Origin: Candidatus Tectimicrobiota bacterium
GTDB taxonomy: Bacteria > JACPUC01
Assembly: GCA_016192455.1 (NCBI GenBank)
Contig: JACPUC010000029.1
Coordinates: forward strand, 62,001 to 126,000
Length of the DNA stretch: 64,000 bases
Reading direction: 5' to 3'
Under the pieces are notes generated by a model. That model ran no database searches. It was not told the origin of the DNA and saw only the letters and a program-made list of their open reading frames with translations. The translations under genes were made by a program, and so were the position numbers. The first letter of the stretch is position 1. Every line of letters starts with the position of its first letter. This document shows positions 31,108 through 39,636 of the stretch, one piece after another.

Positions 31108-31557
31108 TCAAGTGGAATTATTGCTCTCCCCGCGCTTTCCTTCGCTTGCTCGGTCCTTCCGCCGGCCTCGTCTCGCTGCTCCCGCGGGAGGGGCTGGCGC
31201 CGTTCTGGGGGAGCGCTTGACGACAGCGGTTTCCTTCGTCGGGGAAAGGTGCACCAATAGCACCACCACTGCGGTCCAGGCGAGGAGGCGAAAGTTGCTG
31301 CCCTGCGGGACCTGGACGAAGATGCCGGCCCGTCCCTGCAGTGCCTCCACACCGACCGTGATCAGCCCCATCCCGCGCACCAGGTGCAGGAGAACCGGCG
31401 CCTTGAGCTTCCTGCTCACCAGTTCGTGGCCGGCCGCCATGCCGTGCAACACCATCTTCACCTCACCATCCTCGTACAGTGAAGCGGTGGCGATGCCCCG
31501 CTTCGAGACCTCGACCTGCTTAGCGAGGTCATCAACCACACGGTAGGTCAGTCCCAT
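31108..31557 (-). CDS. cupin-fold protein with degenerate metal site
   Basis: KMVLHGMAAGHEL...LHLVRGMGLITVG...LQGRAGIFVQVP matches small cupin barrels; basic low-complexity tail. Confidence 0.6.
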   Translation of the reverse strand: MGLTYRVVDDLAKQVEVSKRGIATASLYEDGEVKMVLHGMAAGHELVSRKLKAPVLLHLVRGMGLITVGVEALQGRAGIFVQVPQGSNFRLLAWTAVVVLLVHLSPTKETAVVKRSPRTAPAPPAGAARRGRRKDRASEGKRGESNNST

Positions 31558-32118
31558 GGCGCCCTTCCCATGCTCCCTTGGGGGGGTGTTGCGCGGCGTC
31601 AACCGTGCCGGCGCCCCATCAGGCGCCGGCGCCCCGCCCTTGCCGTCAACGCGCCTGCGGCGGCTGCCTCTCCCAGCGCACCGCAGGACTTCCTGCGTGA
31701 CGCTCTTCTAACACAAGCGAGGTTCGCAGCAAAGCGCTGGCAGCCGGGCCGCCTTGCTCTGTCAAGAACGACGGCGCCCTTAGGTGCTTCGCGGGCGGAG
31801 GGAAGGGATACGGGGCGTGCCGAGATGAAAGGTCTGGCGCTGTCGTCGGGGCGCCCGGCGCTCCCTCGCCCTGCGCCGATGGCTTCGGGGGGAGGTTGCG
31901 CCGCGCGTGGCCGTGAAAGAAGCCTTGACCGTCACGGGGAGAGCCGCAATAATAGGCACTTCCAGGCACGCCTCGGTTGCCGGCGGGGGGCGCGTGGCTC
32001 GGTGGAGCGCCGAGCGCCGAGGTTTGTCACGGCAGCGCGCCGGCGGCGAGGCACGCGGCGCCGCGGGCAGCGGCGGTCTCACTGCGCGCGGCGCGCGCCA
32101 GAGTGGGGATGACGCGTC

Positions 32119-32553
32119 ATGAGGCAGGAAATCACCCTCACCGTGCCTTCCTCGACGGAGTTTCTCCACGTTGTGGGGGCGGTGATGTCGGAGATGGCGG
32201 CCCTGGCTGGGTTCGACGACCGGCAGCGGCGTCGCATCGAGTTGGCGGTCGATGAAGCGTGCTCCAATGTCCTTCTCTGCGCCTACCAGCAGGAGAGCGA
32301 GCAAAGCTACCGAATCGGCTGTGTGAAGGAGGCAAGCGAGCTGCGCATCACGATTACAGACTGGGGGCAGGACTACGCCTTTCCCGCCGCCGGGGAGCTC
32401 AGCCTGCCGGCGAAGCTCCCGGACCCCTCGAGCGCGAACATTGGTCTCTACCTCATCTACCAGATCATGGATGAGGTGACCTTCGTCAGCCAGACGCAGC
32501 AGCACGTGTTGAGCATGAGAAAACTCCTCCACCCGAGCGACGCGAGGCCGTAA
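32119..32553 (+). CDS. anti-sigma factor / Ser kinase (RsbW-like, HATPase_c_2)
   Basis: IELAVDEACSN N-box, ITDWG G1 box, IGLYLIYQIMDEV. Confidence 0.85.
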   Translation: MRQEITLTVPSSTEFLHVVGAVMSEMAALAGFDDRQRRRIELAVDEACSNVLLCAYQQESEQSYRIGCVKEASELRITITDWGQDYAFPAAGELSLPAKLPDPSSANIGLYLIYQIMDEVTFVSQTQQHVLSMRKLLHPSDARP

Positions 32554-32891
32554 TGTCAATGGAGATCACCAACCGATTCGAGAACGACGTGCTCGTTCTC
32601 GGCCTTGACGGTCGTTTCGACGCGCATGCCGCACCGCAGGTCGAGGAGACCTTTACGACGCTCTTCAGCCAGGGCGCCACGAAGGTGGTCGTCGATTTCA
32701 GCGCTGTGGGCTATCTCAGCAGCGCCGGCTTGCGCGTCCTGTTGGTGATGATCCGCAAGCTGAAGAGTGCGCAGGGCGCAATTGTCCTGGCGGGGTTGCA
32801 GCCGCACGTGAAAGAGGTCTTCGATATCTCTGGGTTCACCGACTTGTTCACGATCGAGGGCAGCGTGCAGGAGGCGCTCGCGGCGATCTGA
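32553..32891 (+). CDS. anti-sigma factor antagonist (STAS, RsbV-like)
   Basis: GRFDA, VVDFSAVGYLSSAGLRVL (phospho-Ser) and VFDISGF motifs; TAATG coupling to the upstream gene. Confidence 0.92.
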   Translation: MSMEITNRFENDVLVLGLDGRFDAHAAPQVEETFTTLFSQGATKVVVDFSAVGYLSSAGLRVLLVMIRKLKSAQGAIVLAGLQPHVKEVFDISGFTDLFTIEGSVQEALAAI

Positions 32892-32959
32892 TCTCACGTG
32901 GATGCGGCGGAGGTGGCTCTGGCGGCCTCCTGAGAGATCATGCTCACGGAGACGTTGCG

Positions 32960-33385
32960 GTGACGAAGGAAGCCACGCTGCAGTTGCCGGCCGACACTGC
33001 GTACCTCAAGATGATTGGCGAGTTCGTCTCGCGCATGGCAAAGATCAGCGGCTTCGACGACCTCGACTGCAAGCGCATCGAGGTGGCCGTCGATGAGGCC
33101 TGCACCAACGTCATTGAGCACACCCAGCGCGGCGCCTCGCATGACGCCTTCTCAATCTGCTGCCGGGCCGTGGCGAGCGGCATCGAGATCACCATCAGCG
33201 ATCGCGGCGCGCCCTTTGATTTCGACTCCGTTGCCGTGCCCGATGTCTCCGCCGGGGCGGAGGATCGCCCCATTGGCGGGCTCGGCATCTTTCTGATGAA
33301 AAAATTCATGGATTTCGTGAAGTACACGCCCGGCGCCGACGGCATGCGGCACCTGACGATGAGCAAGAACAGGCCCGCGGGCTGA
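32960..33385 (+). CDS. anti-sigma factor / Ser kinase (RsbW-like)
   Basis: AVDEACTNVIEH, ISDRGAPFD and RPIGGLGIFLMKKFMD motifs. Confidence 0.92.
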   Translation: MTKEATLQLPADTAYLKMIGEFVSRMAKISGFDDLDCKRIEVAVDEACTNVIEHTQRGASHDAFSICCRAVASGIEITISDRGAPFDFDSVAVPDVSAGAEDRPIGGLGIFLMKKFMDFVKYTPGADGMRHLTMSKNRPAG

Positions 33386-33551
33386 CGCTGCCGCGGCGCC
33401 AGCCCGCCGCGGAAGCTCGGGTCACCTCTCCTGCTGGACGATCTTGCGCTCGGCGTCACGGCGCCTCGCGCGTTGGCCACCCTACCTCCCGCCTGGGCGC
33501 TCCGCCTGCCAGGGAGCGACCCAGGATGTGTTCCACGGCCAGGACAGATTC

Positions 33552-34946
33552 ATGCCCCTGATGAGTTCTCGCTTCGCTCTCCTGGTGGCGCTTGCACTGC
33601 TGATGCTGGCGGGGTGCGCGCAACTCCCGACGACGAAAATCTCCCAGATTCCCGATAAACCAATCTTCGGCCGTTCGCAGGGCGCTTCGAAGGGAATCCA
33701 GTTTCCGCCCGTGGGCGAGAAACGGCTTGAGATCACCATCAAGGATGGCAAGCTCACCGGTAATCTCGTGAATGCGCCCGCGGGCGAGGTCCTCAGCCTT
33801 ATCCAGCAGCAGCTTCCGGTGCAGTTTGTGCACCGCAGCAAGCTCTACGCCCGCATCACCGCCCGCCTCAAGGAGGTGCCCTTCGAAGAGGCCTTCGAGC
33901 TGCTGATGAAAGCCGGCGGCTACAAGGCTGAGAAAAGTGGCGAGGTCTACCTCATCACGCAAGCCCCTCCTGAAGAAGGCTCGTCGCCGGCGAAGACCCT
34001 GGCCGTCCAGGAGGTGTACCTGCAGTATGTGGACGCGACCAGCGTCCTCGAGCACCTGCGCGCCGCCTACCAGAACATCACCGACCCCCAGTACGGGTTT
34101 GGACTCCTTCCCGGCAACAGTGGCATCTATGTGATCGGCCCGCCGGCCCAACTGCAGGAAGTTCTCGATATCATCGCCCGCATGGATCGCGAGCTGCCGC
34201 AGGTGCTCATCGAGGCGATGGTCATTGAAATGAAACGCACCGATTTCCAGGAGGTGAGTCAAACCCTGTCGGAGTTTCCGGCGCACCTGCTGTCGGAAAT
34301 CCCCGAAGAGCTGACCGGCCGCTTCGATCCGGGAAGCTTGGAAGCGCCGGCGCTGCGGTTTCGTTTCCGAGTCACGGACCGGAGTCGCGATCGGTTCTTC
34401 CTGGAGATCTTCGCCCTGGTCCAGAAAGAACGGGCACGCATTGTCAGCCGTCCGTACATCGCTTCGCGCAGCGGCGAAGCGGCTGAGATTCGAGCCGAGC
34501 AAATCCAGAACATCCGCTCGGAATCACTGCAGTCGGGTGAAAGGCTCTCGTCGCTTGAGGAGCTGCGCGCCGGCACCACCATGCTCATCACCCCGACGGT
34601 GAACCCGGATCGCACCATCAGCATGCGGATGGAGCTGGGGCAGAGCGAGTTCATCGCCGGCGCCGAGGCGGAGTCGACCCGTACGTCCAACTCCGCGAAG
34701 TTCAGAGTGAACGTCCATGACGGCGAGACCATCGTGACGGGGGGGTTGATCAAACGGCGCAGGATAAGGAACCAGGCCTACATTCCTTTCCTCGGGCGCA
34801 TCCCGGTCTTGAAGTACATCTTCGGGAGCTTCGTCAGCAATGTTGAAGAGTCTGAGATTGTCTTCATCTTGACGCCGCATATTCTCCCCATTGACTATGA
34901 AGAGTTCCGCGACAGGAAGCTTCCCTTCCAGGGCGAACCACCCTAA
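33552..34946 (+). CDS. secretin (GspD/PilQ superfamily), predicted lipoprotein
   Basis: Lipobox LAGC; QVLIEAMVIE, ITPTVN, DGETIVTGGLI, IPFLGRIPVLKYIF and EIVFILTPHI motifs. Confidence 0.88.
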   Translation: MPLMSSRFALLVALALLMLAGCAQLPTTKISQIPDKPIFGRSQGASKGIQFPPVGEKRLEITIKDGKLTGNLVNAPAGEVLSLIQQQLPVQFVHRSKLYARITARLKEVPFEEAFELLMKAGGYKAEKSGEVYLITQAPPEEGSSPAKTLAVQEVYLQYVDATSVLEHLRAAYQNITDPQYGFGLLPGNSGIYVIGPPAQLQEVLDIIARMDRELPQVLIEAMVIEMKRTDFQEVSQTLSEFPAHLLSEIPEELTGRFDPGSLEAPALRFRFRVTDRSRDRFFLEIFALVQKERARIVSRPYIASRSGEAAEIRAEQIQNIRSESLQSGERLSSLEELRAGTTMLITPTVNPDRTISMRMELGQSEFIAGAEAESTRTSNSAKFRVNVHDGETIVTGGLIKRRRIRNQAYIPFLGRIPVLKYIFGSFVSNVEESEIVFILTPHILPIDYEEFRDRKLPFQGEPP

Positions 34947-34953
34947 GTGTCAG

Positions 34954-35141
34954 GTCTCACAAGTTCGCTCACACAGGTGCGGCGTCGCACCCTGCATTGG
35001 CAGGGGGCTTGGGGGGGGGCCATGCTCTCCCACACCCCTCCCTCACCCGTTCCCTCTCCCATTGGGAGAGGGGCCAGGGGTGAGGGGTGCGCGAAGGGAC
35101 AAGGGCCCGTCGCAGAATTGCGTGATGGAACTTAGGGGACA
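34954..35141. repeat. MITE-like intergenic repeat containing a CCCTCTCCC-N3-GGGAGAGGG hairpin
   Basis: 5' ~85 nt similar to 44397-44487; ends gtctcacaagttc and gaacttaggggac are imperfectly inverted. Confidence 0.6.
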
Positions 35142-35292
35142 CGACGGGAAGGTCGTCTTCTCGAAAACACCGTGGAAGTTTCGGGCCAAGCAGGGCTCGG
35201 GAGGCGCCCGCGCGTGGGCGATCCGACGGTGGCGCGCCGGCGGGTGAGAGGCCGCGGCAGCGCTCCGAGGTCAACAAAGGGCAAGAAGCTCA

Positions 35293-35321
35293 TTGACGCG
35301 AACCAGCGGGGGAATTATCGT
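35293..35321 (+). promoter_or_regulatory. putative sigma70 promoter upstream of argA
   Basis: TTGACG-17 nt-TATCGT. Confidence 0.5.
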
Positions 35322-35446
35322 TAAGCATATTTCGCGCCGCCGGCGGCGTGTCAGCCGCATGGCGGGGATGAGATGAAGCAGTGGGGGCGGCAGAGGGGGC
35401 GCGTCGTTCGCCTCCTGGCGCGATGCCCCCGGGGCGAGGTTGCACG

Positions 35447-36055
35447 GTGGCGAGCTTGATCCAAAGAGCAGGGGCTCCGGGACCGGCCGACGCACTCCTC
35501 AAGCCGGCGTCTTCAAACGGCGACGAGGGGCGGTGCGAGCCGGCGCCGGCGATCCGGCGGGCAACCATCGCGGACATCCCGCAAGTGCACGCCCTCATCG
35601 CACTCAATGCCAAGACCGGCGCCGTCCTGCCGCGCACCTTGGAAAACCTCTACACCACCGTGCGCGAGTTCCAGGTCTGCGTTGACGCTGACACCGTCAT
35701 TGGCATGTGCGCGCTCCATGTCAGCAACAGCACGCTCGCCGAGATCCGCTCCCTCTGCGTCGATGACCGCTACGAGGGGCGGGGAATCGGCTCCGCACTC
35801 ACCCAGGCGAGCATCAACGAGGCGCGTCGCCTGGGTCTCGGCACCGTCTTCGCCCTGACCTACCGCGTGAAGTTCTTTCAACGACTCGGCTTCACCGTCG
35901 TGGAGAAGAGCACCCTGCCCCAGAAGATCTGGACGGACTGCGTGCACTGTCACAAGTTCCCAACCTGCGACGAGACGGCACTGATCCTGCGACTTCAGGA
36001 GACCCCGGATCAGGAAGGGGCCGCCTCGCCACCTCTGCTGCGGGTGCTGCGCTGA
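35447..36055 (+). CDS. argA: short-type amino-acid N-acetyltransferase (N-acetylglutamate synthase, GNAT)
   Basis: LPRTLENLY, LAEIRSL, GRGIG, VFALTY and LPQKIWTDCVHCHKFPTCDE motifs; start uncertain. Confidence 0.85.
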   Translation: MASLIQRAGAPGPADALLKPASSNGDEGRCEPAPAIRRATIADIPQVHALIALNAKTGAVLPRTLENLYTTVREFQVCVDADTVIGMCALHVSNSTLAEIRSLCVDDRYEGRGIGSALTQASINEARRLGLGTVFALTYRVKFFQRLGFTVVEKSTLPQKIWTDCVHCHKFPTCDETALILRLQETPDQEGAASPPLLRVLR

Positions 36056-36288
36056 ACCTTTCGGGCGCGGACCATCGGCGCGCCGCCTTCTGCCCCACCG
36101 CGTGACGTGCTACACTTTTCATCATTGGAGCGTGCTTCCGGGCTACCCTGGGGGTTGGCGCGCGCGCCGCGAGGCGCACCGGCCTCGCGCCGCTCGCTCG
36201 CGCCCAGCCGGGAGAAGCGTTGGCGACCTTGCCGCTCCGGACCCGTAGCAGGGCAGCCGCCGCACGGGGTATGAGAAAGGATGCGCGC

Positions 36289-38127
36289 ATGCGACCGCGT
36301 CTCGCCAGTCCCGCCCGCTGGACCGACTTCTCTTACACCCAGGCGCGCATCGACCTGACCACGCAGGAGGTGCGGATCGAGGAAAAGCCCTGCGCCGACC
36401 TCGAAGACTTCCTGGGCGGCATCGGGCGCTCCCTGAAAATCCTCGGCGGCGTGCGGGTGCGTGATCCCTTCGATCCCGCCAGCCCGCTCATCATGAACCT
36501 CGGCGTCCTGACGGGAACGAACGCCATGACGGGGCTGCGCGTCTTCTTCAGCGCTTACAGCCCGTTGAAAGTCTCCAACCGGGGGCTGCCTGCCGTGACG
36601 TGGTCCACGGCGAGCGGCAAGTTCGGCGCCAAGCTGCACTGGCTCGGCCTCGATGAGGCGATCTTCGTCGGGCGGGCGGAGCGGCCGCTCACCCTGGTCT
36701 TCTCGGCGGCCCGCGACGGCGGCGTGACGGTGCGTTTCGAGGACGCCGCCGGCCTGCGCGGCATGACGACGCACGACAAGATCATGATGCTCTTGGACCG
36801 CTACCCGCGGGCGCACTTCGCGGCGCTCGGCCCCGCCGGGGAGAACTGGAGCGGCAGCCGCTTCGCCGCCATCGCCGTGAGCACCGAGAACCAGCTCCGC
36901 TCGCGCGATGACAAACCGCGCTTCGCCGGCCGGGGCGGCATGGGCAACCTCCTCGGCTCGAAGAACGTGCTGGCCATGGTCGCCGACGTTGAGGACCGAC
37001 AGGAGGGGCGTCCCAGCGCCAGGCTGGCGGCGATCAACAAGGAAATCGCGCGGGGCAACGGCTCGCGCAAGTATCGCGACGCGGACAAGGGCGGCGGCAT
37101 CGGCGGCACGATGACGAACTACGAGCCGCTCTTCGAGGTGGGGGCGCTGCCGGAGAACAACTTCTGGGCCAGCGGCACGGCGGCGCCGAAGGGTCTCTTC
37201 CGCGGCGTCATCGAGCAGCAGTTCGTGATCAAGGACGAGTCGTGCTACAAGTGCGGCATCCTCTGCCACAAGAATGTCTACGAGAAGGCGACGCCTGGGG
37301 AATCAAGCGGCCGCTTCCGCGCCAAGTTCGACTACGAGCCGCTCAACCTGTTGGCGACCAACCTCGGCATCCACGATGCCGAGTCAGCCTGCCGGCTCGT
37401 GGCCCGCTGCGACCTCCTGGGGTTCGATGCGATCAGCCTCGGCGTCACCCTCGGCTACGTCATGGAGTACAACCGCCGCCACCCCGAGGCGCCGATCGCC
37501 GGCGGCGTGGGCTTCGGCGATGCCGAGGGGGCGTTGAAGATCATCGAGAAGACCGCCCGCGGCGACATGCCGCAGATCGGCCAGGGGGTGAAACGCCTCT
37601 CCGAGGAGCTGGGCGAGACGGCCTATGCCATGCAGGTGAAAGGGCTGGAGCTGCCGGCCTACCTGCCGGAGACCAACCCGGGCTATCCCTTCGCCCTCTC
37701 CGGCGGCCACATGACCATGCGCACCTTCCTGCTGGCCGTCCTCGTCGGCGATTTCAGCATCGAGTACTGGCAGGAAGCCATCCTCGGCCCCGGCCTGCAG
37801 TACCTGCGCGATGACCTCGTCGGCCTGTGCAAGTTCTGCGGCTTGACGGACCCGCCGGTGGCCGAGGCGCTGACCGAGGTGACCGGCGTGCCGATCAGCG
37901 TCGAGGAGATGCGGGCCGCGGTCTACCGCACCTACCTGCGCGGCTTCGCCCTCGAGCGCCGCCAGGGCTACACCTGGGAGGAGTACACCATCCCGGCGCG
38001 CTCCTTCACGCCGAACGAGCACCTGAAGCTGCCCCACTTCGTCACGCCGGAGTTTCTCGAGGAGCTGAAGCGCCGCGTCATCGGCAAGCTGGATGCCTCG
38101 ATGGCGGAGCTGGGAATCAGCGCCTGA
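36289..38127 (+). CDS. aldehyde:ferredoxin oxidoreductase family (tungstopterin) enzyme
   Basis: FLGGIG, YSPL, GPAGEN, AGRGGMG..LGSKN, CYKCGILC, DYEP, CDLLGFDAIS and DLVGLCKF motifs. Confidence 0.92.
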   Translation: MRPRLASPARWTDFSYTQARIDLTTQEVRIEEKPCADLEDFLGGIGRSLKILGGVRVRDPFDPASPLIMNLGVLTGTNAMTGLRVFFSAYSPLKVSNRGLPAVTWSTASGKFGAKLHWLGLDEAIFVGRAERPLTLVFSAARDGGVTVRFEDAAGLRGMTTHDKIMMLLDRYPRAHFAALGPAGENWSGSRFAAIAVSTENQLRSRDDKPRFAGRGGMGNLLGSKNVLAMVADVEDRQEGRPSARLAAINKEIARGNGSRKYRDADKGGGIGGTMTNYEPLFEVGALPENNFWASGTAAPKGLFRGVIEQQFVIKDESCYKCGILCHKNVYEKATPGESSGRFRAKFDYEPLNLLATNLGIHDAESACRLVARCDLLGFDAISLGVTLGYVMEYNRRHPEAPIAGGVGFGDAEGALKIIEKTARGDMPQIGQGVKRLSEELGETAYAMQVKGLELPAYLPETNPGYPFALSGGHMTMRTFLLAVLVGDFSIEYWQEAILGPGLQYLRDDLVGLCKFCGLTDPPVAEALTEVTGVPISVEEMRAAVYRTYLRGFALERRQGYTWEEYTIPARSFTPNEHLKLPHFVTPEFLEELKRRVIGKLDASMAELGISA

Positions 38128-38255
38128 TGGCGCCGCGCCTCGGTTCGTTCCCTGCAGGGGCGGCATCATTGCCGATCTCAGGTGCTTGTCGTGCGAGGGG
38201 CATTGCCCTTCGCGCTCCCTTCCGCGCCAGTGCGCCATGCGCACTCGCGTAAGCT

Positions 38256-38344
38256 GGGGGTGTGGGGGAGCAGGGGTCCCCCACGAAAAAACCACCCTCA
38301 CAAGCACTTGCCAGGAAGCAAGTTCGCAAGCGCCTTCCGAGACC
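38256..38344. repeat. degenerate inverted copy of the intergenic MITE-like repeat
   Basis: Reverse complement contains gtctcggaag...ggcaagtgcttgtgagg...gggacccctgctcccccacacccc, matching 44397-44487. Confidence 0.5.
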
Positions 38345-38349
38345 CACCG

Positions 38350-38676
38350 CTACCGCGCCCCGGCGCCCCGCATGATCGCCGACAAGGCGCCGATCACGAT
38401 GTCCTGGGCGCGGACCTCGTTGGCGTTGTCGCTCGGCTGGCTCTTCAGCCACCAGATGGCCTTCTGCAGGGCGACCCGGGCGCAAAGCTCGCTGCGACAC
38501 TCGATGAGCTGGCGCTCCACCTTCTCCATCATCGTGCCGTGCTTCTGGATGTACTGCACCGCCAGGTTCGCTTCCAGGTCGGGACCGCGCCCGCCTTGCG
38601 CCGCCGCCGGCGGGGCGCCGAGGGCGAGGGCAAGGAGGGCAAGCAACAGCGCCACCAGGGTCATGCGGGGCATCAT
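38350..38676 (-). CDS. secreted hypothetical protein
   Basis: Signal peptide MMPRMTLVALLLALLALALGAPPAAA; helical mature part with CRSELC. Confidence 0.7.
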   Translation of the reverse strand: MMPRMTLVALLLALLALALGAPPAAAQGGRGPDLEANLAVQYIQKHGTMMEKVERQLIECRSELCARVALQKAIWWLKSQPSDNANEVRAQDIVIGALSAIMRGAGAR

Positions 38677-38694
38677 GGGTCCTTTCAGCTCGGC

Positions 38695-39327
38695 TCAGCG
38701 CTTCAGGGCCGTGAAGGGATCGCCCATCGGCCGAGCGTCCACCTTGATGGTCGGCCCGTCGCCGAAACCGAGGAACTTCGACCATTCGACGTAGTGCTCC
38801 TCCAGCTCGATGCCGAGGGCGTCGGCCATGCGCGCCACGTAGTTGAACTGCGCGCACACCGCGGCGATCTCCAGCACCTGCAGGTCGCTGAAGCCGTTTT
38901 CGCGCAGGCTCTGCACGTCGGCCTCGGTCATCGACGAGGGAGAGAGGGTCATCTTCTCGACGTAGGCGATCATCGCCAGGTCGGCGGGGTCGGTGAGGAC
39001 GGACGAGGGGTCGGCGAGGAACTTCTTCACGACGTCGCCGTCCTTGCTCTCGAGGCTGCCACGGAGAAACTCCCCGTGCGTCGTCGTTCAGTAGCGGCAG
39101 TTGAGCAGCGCCGAGGTGTAGGACGAGATCATCTCCTCGCGGCGGCGTCCCAGCGAGGAGTTCCCGAAGGTGGTGGCGAAGACGAGGTTTGCCATGGCGT
39201 TGAACAGCGGCGGCTTCAGCGACATGCTGCGCATGATGCTTGGCACGTAGCCGCGCGCCGCCACGAACCTGTCGTACACCTCCTTCAGGTCCGGGGCCTG
39301 CTCAGGCGTCTGGGTCTTGATGTACAT
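38695..39327 (-). CDS. AhpD/carboxymuconolactone-decarboxylase-like peroxidase, probable selenoprotein (CxxU)
   Basis: ORFs 39088..39387 and 38695..39030 are in one frame, separated only by TGA at 39088-39090. Readthrough gives LNCRY-U-TTTHG, matching the CxxCxxxH AhpD motif. Confidence 0.85.
39060..39078 (-). promoter_or_regulatory. putative bacterial SECIS hairpin
   Basis: mRNA CACGGGGA-GUU-UCUCCGUG begins 9 nt after the UGA, with G in the apical loop. Confidence 0.6.
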
Positions 39328-39479
39328 GGGTGCTCCTCCTTCTCCGTGCGGAGGGTGAGCCGAGGGTGCTGCTCGGGAAAGGGACAACGAGCAAGACAGC
39401 GGCTGAAGGTCCTCAGTCTACCCCAGCAGTGGGGGAGCGGCAAGCGTGGCGGCCGGCGGGGGCGAAGCGCGGCGCTTGC

Positions 39480-39509
39480 TTGACAGCCGGCGCGCGGCCC
39501 ACCTAGATT
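39480..39509 (+). promoter_or_regulatory. putative sigma70 promoter upstream of proA
   Basis: TTGACA-18 nt-TAGATT. Confidence 0.45.
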
Positions 39510-39636
39510 TGCAGCAGAGCGGCGCCTCGGTGCGGCGAGCGGCCGGCTTCCTGGCTCGGTCGCGCGGTGCGGCGAGGGGGGAGCAGGTTGCAAGAAGGGC
39601 GTGGGGCGAGTTCAGCCCGCGCCAGAGGGGAAACCG

